Assembly: GCA_018992685.1 (NCBI GenBank) | Contig: JACVGT010000009.1 | Span: 1 to 64,000 of the forward strand | DNA: 64,000 nt | Reading direction: 5' to 3' | Source of the DNA: Theionarchaea archaeon | GTDB taxonomy: Archaea > Methanobacteriota_B > Thermococci > Methanofastidiosales > SZ-28-30 | Part shown: positions 9,011 to 17,466 of the stretch, piece after piece | How positions within the stretch are numbered: position 1 is the first letter of the stretch | Layout of the letters: each line of letters starts with the position of its first letter | Notes under the pieces: generated by a model | The model's database searches: none | Seen by the model: the letters and a program-made list of their open reading frames with translations, nothing else | Told to the model about the DNA's origin: nothing | Position numbers and translations under genes: made by a program

Positions 9011-10004
9011 TACCGTGGACCTCTGCAGCGCATATCAGGCAATGCCCCAGAAAAACTGTGGGATTTGCGCATATGCAAGCTGTTCTACCTTTTTGCGAAA
9101 TGTGATTTTCAGAGGGGACTCCCTGAGAAAGTGTTTGTGGATGGAGCAGGGATATCCACTGGATACAGTGGCTATGGAGACCCTCGTTCAGGCCGTGCAG
9201 CCGAAGATCACTCAAGTGAAACCTGCTGCCCTCATTGAGCCCTGCACCACGCAATCAGGTATGGTGATGGCCGAACTGTACCTGGCTCACCGCGAAGTTG
9301 AGTATGGATACCTCGACCCTGTGGTGTGTGACATTCTTCCTGTCTGGACGGAGGCAGTGCGGTGCTCCAGGCAGCTAGGCATTGCTCGCATTGAATTTGG
9401 ACAAAAAGAGATACTCCTTTCAATTACGGGAAAGACTATTATCAGGCGTGCTGAGAACGAGGAGGACATTTCCAGGACAGGGGAATTGCTCTCACGGATT
9501 GTAGAAGGTGCAACAATCTGCACTTGTCTGTCCACCAGGATGGAGTGTATTTCCGGGGTGGGAACCTGCACAGACTCCAACCCCCCAAATATTACCCCAG
9601 AAGAGAGATCACACCTTCAATGGGTGGATGATGTAGCAGGAAGAATACGTGACACGTGGAAAACCTCTTCCTCTGATCTGGGCTCCTTATCTCTGAGAAG
9701 GCAGGCCATAGCTCTCCTGGCTTCCAACAATGGTGGCCTGCTGCTCCTGTCTGCAGCTCATCACCTTTCACTCCTTGAAGCAACACTCACAGATCTGAAA
9801 GAGCACACTTCCTTTCTGTCAGAGGAGACGCCCACAGAGGTTCGTGCTCTCGTTGAGACTGCTCTCACCAGAAATGATGGTACCACATACCATGACCTTT
9901 GTGGCTTTTTGCTGGAAGAGAAACCTCCACTGTACAAGGAACTTTTCAGTGTCATCTTTCATACTCATACCATTTCAAAGATTAGAGAACAGTATCTTAC
10001 GTAA
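9000..10004 (+). CDS. Putative Fe-S-binding protein
   Basis: N-terminal P.KNCGICAYASC..C Fe-S motif, EPC and CTCLSTRMEC; coupled to sufS. Confidence 0.72.
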   Translation: MQGDTVDLCSAYQAMPQKNCGICAYASCSTFLRNVIFRGDSLRKCLWMEQGYPLDTVAMETLVQAVQPKITQVKPAALIEPCTTQSGMVMAELYLAHREVEYGYLDPVVCDILPVWTEAVRCSRQLGIARIEFGQKEILLSITGKTIIRRAENEEDISRTGELLSRIVEGATICTCLSTRMECISGVGTCTDSNPPNITPEERSHLQWVDDVAGRIRDTWKTSSSDLGSLSLRRQAIALLASNNGGLLLLSAAHHLSLLEATLTDLKEHTSFLSEETPTEVRALVETALTRNDGTTYHDLCGFLLEEKPPLYKELFSVIFHTHTISKIREQYLT

Positions 10005-10104
10005 TATCCTCTTTCTGTTTAATCTTCTGCGTCCCATGCGGTACCTGTGTCCGCAGAAGGTGAGAACCGTAAACCTTTAAAAAGAATTCAGCATAGGGAC
10101 GCCG

Positions 10105-10710
10105 ATGAAACTGGCGAAGCTTCTGACCCATCAGGATGTCATCGAATACAGTATCCTTCAGGGAAAAGTAGGAGTTATGGCCATCCATGGGGGAAATATC
10201 GAGCGAGGTACAGAGCAGATCGCCGTGTGCATTGCACAGAACAGCAATTCGTCATTATATGTGATCTCTCCCCGGACTCAGAAACGAGACTGGAAATTTC
10301 ACATCTCTTCAAACAAGATCAGTCCCAAGGATTCAGAGAAGCTCGCACATTTCCTCGGGCATATCTCCACAGCAATCTCCATCCATGGCCACGTCATAAA
10401 GCGTAATGTCATCTGTGTGGGAGGTCTGAATCACGAATTGAGGAGACGCATAGTGCAGTCCCTCAGAGAAGATTTCGATGTGGTGGACTCCATCGAAGAA
10501 GGGGGAATCTGCAGAAACCTTTCTGCAAAGAACCCCAAGAATATTGTCAACTTACCCAGAGACAAGGGGGTTCAGATTGAGATACCGCTCCTCATGCGGA
10601 AGGTGTTCAAGCACCGCCCCTGTGATGAAATGCCCACTGAAGAGACACAATTACTGGTTACCCGGCTGACTACGATTATTCAACAGATTGAGAAATCTCC
10701 AGAAGAGTGA
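10105..10710 (+). CDS. Poly-gamma-glutamate hydrolase family protein (DUF867/YmaC-like)
   Basis: AIHGGNIERGT, HISS, SIHG, NIVN and GVQIE motifs. Confidence 0.85.
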   Translation: MKLAKLLTHQDVIEYSILQGKVGVMAIHGGNIERGTEQIAVCIAQNSNSSLYVISPRTQKRDWKFHISSNKISPKDSEKLAHFLGHISTAISIHGHVIKRNVICVGGLNHELRRRIVQSLREDFDVVDSIEEGGICRNLSAKNPKNIVNLPRDKGVQIEIPLLMRKVFKHRPCDEMPTEETQLLVTRLTTIIQQIEKSPEE

Positions 10711-11485
10711 AAGCAGCACTCACTGCATCTTTTCCGAATATGTAGGCACAGGGCTCAATTCCAAACCCGCCTTTGTCAATGAGAACATCCCTGCACTCAT
10801 TCACTGAATACGAGAATGAGATTTCCAACTTCTTGAGAACAGATATCAGCGTATCAGTGTACTTGATGTTGATTACTGCTCTTTTTCCTGTTCTCAGTAG
10901 AAGAGAGGCCAGGTGGTGAGATGCGCCAAATTCGGGATCTGATACTGCTGTGATCACCCCGTGTACAGGGGCAAGCCGTCCAGGAAAAGCAGCTACTTCC
11001 ATGGGATTCCTAGCGTTTTCCAGGCTCATTGCAATGTTCATGTGCACCTGTGGCATGAGATCTATCACAGCCGAGCATGATTCCAGAATCGAGAGTGCTT
11101 CTCTCACATTCTCAATTACACTCTGTTTCTCGTCCAGTATTTCAGGGCTTCGAAGTTGATAACATACGGTACATCCCGGCAGGCTGTGAAGACTGCATGT
11201 TGACCCTCCTTCCCGCCATCTGAAGCAGGTTTGACAGAGATACAGAAGGATGTCCTTTTCCTCTTTGCCCTGGGCCATCATGCGGGCAATCTCCTGTGAT
11301 ACTTCATCCCGTTCAGGAGCAAATTCAACGCTCTGAGAAAGGTACTTTGATACCATTGCTTGTGAAACGTGGAGAGCACGGGAAATTTCTGTCTGCGTCA
11401 GCCCTGCATGTCTGAGGGCATGAGCTACTCGTATTCTGAGATCGTACAAGAGATTCTCCACAACTATGAGGCACGGGGGATACAT
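10676..11485 (-). CDS. thiR: ThiR-type regulator (HTH plus ThiN-like domain)
   Basis: MYPPC..TQTEISRALHVSQAMVSKYL; ThiN motifs MPQV.MN, VAAFPGRL, PEFGASHHLA, GFGIEP; start reset to 11485. Confidence 0.82.
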   Translation of the reverse strand: MYPPCLIVVENLLYDLRIRVAHALRHAGLTQTEISRALHVSQAMVSKYLSQSVEFAPERDEVSQEIARMMAQGKEEKDILLYLCQTCFRWREGGSTCSLHSLPGCTVCYQLRSPEILDEKQSVIENVREALSILESCSAVIDLMPQVHMNIAMSLENARNPMEVAAFPGRLAPVHGVITAVSDPEFGASHHLASLLLRTGKRAVINIKYTDTLISVLKKLEISFSYSVNECRDVLIDKGGFGIEPCAYIFGKDAVSAAFTLLEISQSVE

Positions 11486-11500
11486 TATAACTGGATTATA
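11486..11500. promoter_or_regulatory. Near-palindromic operator TATAAC-TGG-ATTATA directly upstream of the thiR-like ATG
   Basis: 11 of 12 arm positions match the 6931 palindrome, with the same 3-nt spacer. Confidence 0.65.
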
Positions 11501-11574
11501 CTCCAACCTTAAATACATTGTGCAAATTTCGTGCTGATCCCAGTATTGATCCACAAGAAAAGCAGTGAGGAGTG

Positions 11575-12675
11575 TCAGGGCTTGCTCTGTTGAGACCACC
11601 ATTTCAAGACAATCACGAGAGTCACGGCAAGAGCTAAGAATCCAGTTCCCAGGCAGGTGCTGTCCTTCTGGGCTGGCTCAGGCTCTGGTGTTCCTTCAGA
11701 AGACAGGTCAACTCCATAGATGTTCAGGTTGTCATCTCTGTTGTCTGTCCATACGATATAGTCCCCGTAGATAACAGGTGCCCACTGGTCAGCAGGATCT
11801 GACGTAATCCGCGTCTCCTGCGATGTGACCAGACTGTACAGGTAGACATCAGTGTTGAGGTTTCCAGTCCGGGAATCCACCTTTTCCTGTGTCCATGCCA
11901 CTGTGGTTCTGTATACTGCAGGATACCACTGTGCACTCGGGCCAGAAGCTACAGTAGTCGCACTCTTTGTCACATAGTTGTACGCAATGATGTCCTCACT
12001 TGATCCAGTATAGTCCGTGTAGACTACTATTTCGCCATGAATCGCAGGGCTGTATTGGTCTTCCTGGCCGGAGGTGAGCTGGGTTTCTTCTTTGGTGACC
12101 AGATTGTACAGGTAGACATCGTAGTTTCCATGTCTGCTATCAGTCCAGACTACCCACTCCTGGTACATGGCTGGTTCCCACTGGCTTCCGGCATCAGCTG
12201 TAATCCGGAATTCCTCTCTTCTCGAAAGGTCGTACCCATAGATATTATAGTTACCATCTCGTTCATCAGTCCAGACCACCGTGTTACCATAGATTGCTGG
12301 TTCCCACTGGTCCTTTGAATTGGTTGTAATCTGGAATTCCTCTCTTGTCGAAAGATCGTACCCATAGATATTATAGTTACCATCTCGTTCATCAGTCCAG
12401 ACCACTGTGTTAGCATAGATTGCTGGTTCCCACTGGTCCTCCAAATTGGTTGTAATCTGGAATTCCTCTCTTGTCGAAAGGTCGTACCCATAGATATTAT
12501 AGTTACCATCTCGTTCATCAGTCCAGACCACCGTGTTACCATAGATTGCTGGTTCCCACTGGTCCTCCAGGTCAGCAGTCAGGGCAAACTCAGCAGAACC
12601 TCTAACAGAAGAGCACTGAAGTAGTATCAGACCGAGTACGAGTAGAATTCCCTCTACTCTCTTGGAATGGTTCAT
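11575..12675 (-). CDS. Secreted beta-propeller repeat protein (Methanosarcina type) with C-terminal anchor
   Basis: Signal peptide; about 7 repeats of QWEPAIYGNTVVWTD.R.GN..IYGYDL; PEPEP linker, then CLGT, a hydrophobic helix and a basic tail. Confidence 0.9.
   Translation of the reverse strand: MNHSKRVEGILLVLGLILLQCSSVRGSAEFALTADLEDQWEPAIYGNTVVWTDERDGNYNIYGYDLSTREEFQITTNLEDQWEPAIYANTVVWTDERDGNYNIYGYDLSTREEFQITTNSKDQWEPAIYGNTVVWTDERDGNYNIYGYDLSRREEFRITADAGSQWEPAMYQEWVVWTDSRHGNYDVYLYNLVTKEETQLTSGQEDQYSPAIHGEIVVYTDYTGSSEDIIAYNYVTKSATTVASGPSAQWYPAVYRTTVAWTQEKVDSRTGNLNTDVYLYSLVTSQETRITSDPADQWAPVIYGDYIVWTDNRDDNLNIYGVDLSSEGTPEPEPAQKDSTCLGTGFLALAVTLVIVLKWWSQQSKP
12200..12568. repeat. Three near-identical 126-bp intragenic repeats
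   Basis: TCGTACCCATAGATATTATAGTTACCATCTCGTTCATCAGTCCAGACCAC occurs at 12230, 12356 and 12482. Confidence 0.92.
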
Positions 12676-12840
12676 TTCTTATACCTCCTTTGCTGCCCTT
12701 GGATGTGAGGGCTAATCAGAAAGGATACTATTTACGATTATTTAAGGGTTTCTATCTTTCTAGGAGGTGAAGGACATTGCGTGTCTTGAAGATTAGGAAG
12801 TAGCATGGTTGGTACAAACATCCTGATAAGTCGTGCTGAG

Positions 12841-14193
12841 TCATCCTGAGGTCGTTGCCATTCTCACATAGGCATCAACATCGAACTTCCTTCTCAGCCC
12901 TTGAGCAGTCATGAACCTCACCGTGCCAAAAATGGGTCGTTCCTTCCAGGGTCTGTCGTGTTTCCCAAAACACCAGGCCACCCCGGTGTACCCATTGGGA
13001 TCTCTGCCATCAAGTTCGTATCTGTCATTCAGCATGAGAGCAGTCCGGTACGCAGTTTCAGGTGTTGGGCTCCATTCCAGGATTTTCTTTCCCCAGTACA
13101 TGCGCATGTAGCCGTGCATCTTTCCAGTTTTGACCATCTGGTTCTGGGCAGCATTCCAGTAGGGATCGTGGGTTTCAGCAGCTTCCAGTTCTTCGGGCGT
13201 ATACAGATATTCTCTGGGGTCTTTTTCATGCTCCTTCAACGTTTTCCTAGCCCATTGAGGTAACCCTTCAACCTGGTCGTACTGGCTATTGTAAAAGACA
13301 AAATTCATGCTCAATTCTCTTCTTACCAGTAATTGTTCCAGATAGGCATCTTTTCCAGGGCCATCTTCTCTTGAGACTTTCAATGCAATATATACCGGCG
13401 AAATCTGTCCAAAATGGAGATAAGGGCTTAGATTTGAAAGATAATCTTCTGTGGGGTCATTCCGGAGCTCAAGATAGAGGTCAATTTTCTCCCTTATGAA
13501 CCTCTGGAGAAGTAACTTAGCGGATTCAGTTCCTCCTTTGAATTTCGATGTCTGTACTGTCCTCCCTATGTTCAGGCCACGAAGAACAGCTTCCATGTCA
13601 CTGGGAGTGTCCACTTGCAGGGAATCGAATTTCATGGTCATTGAACTCGCTTCAGGATATGTACCTTCCAGGGGAACAAGGTAGTATTCCTTCATTCGTT
13701 CGATTTTTGGACGAAAAGTGGCTGCAGAGTACTCTTCCTTGGGTGAGGCCACTTCCACCGGGACTACAACATTTGTCTCCACCTGGATCACAGGACATGA
13801 GACATGAGAAGCAACAGAGGTCTGCCATTCCCGCTCTTTTCTCAAGTATCCTCTATCTACCACCACGAGGCAGGCATTACCAGCGAACCTGGGCACTGTG
13901 ACGGGTGGAGAACCAGACTGGAGAACAAACTGGACGTTCCGCTCTTCCAGTGAGGTCTTCACCTCTTTCAATCCCTCCAGCATGAACCGATAATGTCTTT
14001 CTTCAGTCTGTTGCTCATCAGTCAGGCAGAAGAAGACTACCACAGGGACATGAAGTTCATTTGCCCGGATAATGGCATATTCTAGGGCATGATTATATTC
14101 TGTGCGGTGGGATGATTGCATCCAGTACATGACATAGTCTCTGGGCTTTGTCTGATTCGTGTTCAGATACTGGATTCTCTCAGTGTGTATCAT
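12841..14193 (-). CDS. phr: Class II CPD photolyase
   Basis: YWMQ..R..NHAL, SNLSPYLHFGQIS, WNAAQ..GKMHGYMRMYWGKKILEW, DGRDPNGY and HDRPW motifs. Confidence 0.96.
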   Translation of the reverse strand: MIHTERIQYLNTNQTKPRDYVMYWMQSSHRTEYNHALEYAIIRANELHVPVVVFFCLTDEQQTEERHYRFMLEGLKEVKTSLEERNVQFVLQSGSPPVTVPRFAGNACLVVVDRGYLRKEREWQTSVASHVSCPVIQVETNVVVPVEVASPKEEYSAATFRPKIERMKEYYLVPLEGTYPEASSMTMKFDSLQVDTPSDMEAVLRGLNIGRTVQTSKFKGGTESAKLLLQRFIREKIDLYLELRNDPTEDYLSNLSPYLHFGQISPVYIALKVSREDGPGKDAYLEQLLVRRELSMNFVFYNSQYDQVEGLPQWARKTLKEHEKDPREYLYTPEELEAAETHDPYWNAAQNQMVKTGKMHGYMRMYWGKKILEWSPTPETAYRTALMLNDRYELDGRDPNGYTGVAWCFGKHDRPWKERPIFGTVRFMTAQGLRRKFDVDAYVRMATTSG

Positions 14194-14574
14194 TACATCC
14201 CCTTTTAGGTGAAGGTTCCTGTCCTTTCAGGACATTCAACAGGCCTTTCTAACCTTGGAAAGTCGTGGGCCACATTCAAGAGGAGACAGGTTCTCAGGTT
14301 TTATGCACAAACAAACTGAAATGCGTGCCTGGTTTCCAATCCGACAGGGATACTGGAACCGGCATCACAGATCACAACTACAGAGTGTATCGGAATTACT
14401 TAAAGCTATCTACTGGCTGATTTGGAGTGTAGCCTACTGGGAGGCCCCTGATTGTTATGTAGAATCTGAATTAACCACCGCAGATCGAACACATCATATC
14501 CAGGCAGGAGCAGCATGGGGGGTGCAGATGCCAACACGTATGGAAAGGATTTTATTATAGAGGAATAACTCTCT

Positions 14575-14781
14575 ATGATGATCGAGGATCTGAAGGAGAC
14601 CCGGCATATGATCTTTGCCAGGTACTTTTACAACCTTTCCTATAACAAAGACACGCAGGAATATGCATGTGATTGTATCAGTTTCAGAACCCGGAAGAAA
14701 TGCAGACACGTGGAAGAATTCAAGAAATACCTTGAGGATCTTGAAGAGAAAAGAAAACTCTTTCAGCTCAAGGACGAGTAA
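14575..14781 (+). CDS. Small SWIM-type zinc-finger protein
   Basis: YACDC..F....CRHV fits CxC-x(n)-CxH. Confidence 0.62.
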   Translation: MMIEDLKETRHMIFARYFYNLSYNKDTQEYACDCISFRTRKKCRHVEEFKKYLEDLEEKRKLFQLKDE

Positions 14782-14796
14782 GATTGGGGAAATCCA

Positions 14797-16395
14797 ATGG
14801 CATATTATGATTTTGACCCTGACATGCAGGAGGTATTCTCTTCCCAGTTTGGGGATATCCCTCTGAGGAACTGGAAATCATGGCTTTCTATTTCTGATAG
14901 AGGCGAGTATGAGGATGTCGCCCTCAAACAATCAGGGTTGCCAGAGGAGAGTCTATCAAAGATTGATACAGAGAAAACAGATCCCAGATCCTTTTCTGTA
15001 AATGTTGACTCCTCCACGAAGTCTCATGAAGATTCTGTTCTAGTGTTCTGTCACACGTCGGGAACATCAGGTGGGAGTATCAAAGATGTGAAATGGTTTT
15101 ACATGTCAAAAGAGCTGGTGTCTCTTCTATGGGCCCCAGGAATGCAGGCCATCTTCCAGAAGAGTGGTCTTTCAAATCGGTCTGAAGCTGTGGTCTTTGT
15201 ACCCTCCCGCGGGAGCGATGATGGGTTATTCTACGGACATGGCAGGAAGGTGGTTAAGTTGTATTCTGCTGAGTTTTCTCAGCGGCTGGTCTTGTCCATC
15301 ATTAATCCAAATTCGTATCTCATATCTGAGTACAAGGATTCGCGCTCAATTGAGGTCCTGGCCGCGCTCCTGAACATGGACAGAATATCAGTGGTTTCTG
15401 CACCGTTCTTGACCGTTCTGGGATGGGCAGATCCCGGAAGGTTGCGTCTTGGCCTGGAAAAATCATTACGAGAACCTGTCGCCACTGTAGAGGGTGAACA
15501 GCTCAGGAAAAGGATTGAAACACAGGGGGTTGAGGCTGCAGCTCTCGAGTTACGAGGAGAGCTTTCCCAGGTACTCTCTGATGCCACTTTAATCTTCAGC
15601 GTAACTGCCATGACTGAGAAAGAATGGGACGTTATTCGCCAGTTTCTTAACTGGGAAAAAGGAGAGGAAAAGGTAACCAATCTATATGTGGGGAGCGAGG
15701 TGGGTCCCTTCGCAGCCAACCTTGAAGGAGACTGGGGGCGTATGCATGTTTTTCCTCTCACTATTCCAGTTGTAGAGCATAGAGGGGAAAGAGCCCTCAT
15801 TTCACGGACAGAGCTTGAAGAAGGGAGACTTCTAGTTTCCAGAATGCACAACGGTGAGCCCGTGATTAATATCGATACAGGAGATGTGGTGTGTATACAG
15901 GATCAGCACGGACTGCCGGTGATCGGCGGTGAGATCTTGCGGGATGGGTTCATGGTGAAGAGAGAGGTCATTCTATCTCCTGAAGTGGGCGGGAATCTCA
16001 ACGTCTTGGTGGGTTCATATTTTGATCTGGGGGAGATGAAGATAAGAAACCCGCGGTTACTGGTGGAATGCCTTTCTCAGAAATCAGGGATCAAAGGTGC
16101 CGTCGTGATCAAGGCTGCAGATGGCAGGTGGGAAATGGTAATTCCTGCAGGGGAGAAAAGGTCTTCTCAGAAAATAGAAAAGATTCTGTCTCTCTGTCCG
16201 GGCGGAGAGGTAGTTTATGAAGCACTCTCTCGAGGAGACATGAGCATTAGACTGGTGGAAAACCCCCTGGTATCAGAACTGTCGCATTCAACACTTCTAG
16301 AAAGAGTGAGAAATGGAGAACTTCCCAAAGGCGCTTTGACGAAGTGGCCGTTGTATGTGGTGGTGCCCTCAGGTTTTCCCCGCCCGCCTATCTGA
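14797..16395 (+). CDS. Divergent adenylate-forming enzyme (GH3/PaaK/LuxE-like)
   Basis: HTSGTSGG..K loop, YVGSEVG and IDTGDVV motifs. Confidence 0.65.
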   Translation: MAYYDFDPDMQEVFSSQFGDIPLRNWKSWLSISDRGEYEDVALKQSGLPEESLSKIDTEKTDPRSFSVNVDSSTKSHEDSVLVFCHTSGTSGGSIKDVKWFYMSKELVSLLWAPGMQAIFQKSGLSNRSEAVVFVPSRGSDDGLFYGHGRKVVKLYSAEFSQRLVLSIINPNSYLISEYKDSRSIEVLAALLNMDRISVVSAPFLTVLGWADPGRLRLGLEKSLREPVATVEGEQLRKRIETQGVEAAALELRGELSQVLSDATLIFSVTAMTEKEWDVIRQFLNWEKGEEKVTNLYVGSEVGPFAANLEGDWGRMHVFPLTIPVVEHRGERALISRTELEEGRLLVSRMHNGEPVINIDTGDVVCIQDQHGLPVIGGEILRDGFMVKREVILSPEVGGNLNVLVGSYFDLGEMKIRNPRLLVECLSQKSGIKGAVVIKAADGRWEMVIPAGEKRSSQKIEKILSLCPGGEVVYEALSRGDMSIRLVENPLVSELSHSTLLERVRNGELPKGALTKWPLYVVVPSGFPRPPI

Positions 16396-16479
16396 ATTGG
16401 TTCGCTGCAGCATCTCCTCAGATTTGCTGCAACGATCCTCCTAGGATTACCTGGAAACACTTTTTCTTCAACAATGAGA

Positions 16480-17154
16480 TCAGTCGCAAGCCACAGAGAA
16501 ATCGCCATCACAAGGTAGCTTTTCCGCAAGGTATTGGCCTCTGTGGATTCTAGTATGCCAGCTTTTCATAGATCTGTTTTTTGGGTTCCAGTACTCTTCA
16601 ACTCCTTCACGTCTTCTCCAGCTGTCCTTTGTCAGATTGCCCTTTTTGTCCAAGTAATCCTCTCGGTGAGGTAATTCCGTGCTATTATAGAATCCCACCT
16701 TTTTGGGCATTCCGTCCCTATGCGTTTCGGTAGTCTCCTTCCATACAGGTATGGAAACTCCAGCATAAGCAGGGAGAAACATAGGGGATGTCATGTACAA
16801 AACCTTCTTCTGAAGATCGACAATTCCTTTGTAGACTTCTCCTTCCAGCCAGAATTTCATCCATACTGCTCTGCTGGATGCTTCTGCCTCCAATCGATCA
16901 ACCTTACTCAGACGTCTCTGGATCTTCTCAGACTTGTCTGGCTTCACACCGAACCGTTGAGTGAAGAGTCTCTCGCCCAATTGGTGATACTTCTCCACAA
17001 ACAATACCGCGTAGAAATACATTATGACATTTAGAAGCAAAACCAGAAATGTAAACATTGTCAAAAATGTCAGCCCTTTGTACGCAATCGCAACTGTCAT
17101 CACCAGAAGCATAGACGTGTAAAAGACAACGGGTATACTCAAGCTCTTTCTCAT
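16480..17154 (-). CDS. Hypothetical membrane protein (2 N-terminal TM)
   Basis: 224-aa ORF with two hydrophobic helices; TATA-like sequence upstream. Confidence 0.6.
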   Translation of the reverse strand: MRKSLSIPVVFYTSMLLVMTVAIAYKGLTFLTMFTFLVLLLNVIMYFYAVLFVEKYHQLGERLFTQRFGVKPDKSEKIQRRLSKVDRLEAEASSRAVWMKFWLEGEVYKGIVDLQKKVLYMTSPMFLPAYAGVSIPVWKETTETHRDGMPKKVGFYNSTELPHREDYLDKKGNLTKDSWRRREGVEEYWNPKNRSMKSWHTRIHRGQYLAEKLPCDGDFSVACD

Positions 17155-17466
17155 GACAATGGTGCGTTTTCTGTCTTTATGAATTTTGCTTTTCTATTGG
17201 ATTCTTCCTGGATATGTCCGGAATTCCAAGAGAATCCTATTTCCCATTCATTGAGATTCTTTTCGTACTGGTGTGTTTGCACGTCCAGAAGTCAACAGTC
17301 CCAACTCGATAGAAGTAGAGGAAGTGATCGCCACGGGAGTGCGACATGATGATTGTCACAATCAGTATGTCAGTCTCTCCATACTGGTTCATGGTATGGG
17401 AGCTGTCTCTCTTACATCACATCATCCACCTACTCAAACCGAGTAAAATCCGGAACAACCACACAC

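Noticed and set aside
12200-12568. Possible DGR template/variable repeat pair or CRISPR
   Set aside because: These are in-frame coding repeats, differences are not clearly adenine-specific, and there is no reverse transcriptase in the window.
14255-14560. 101-aa ORF upstream of the SWIM gene
   Set aside because: No recognisable motifs, atypical composition and no translation signals.
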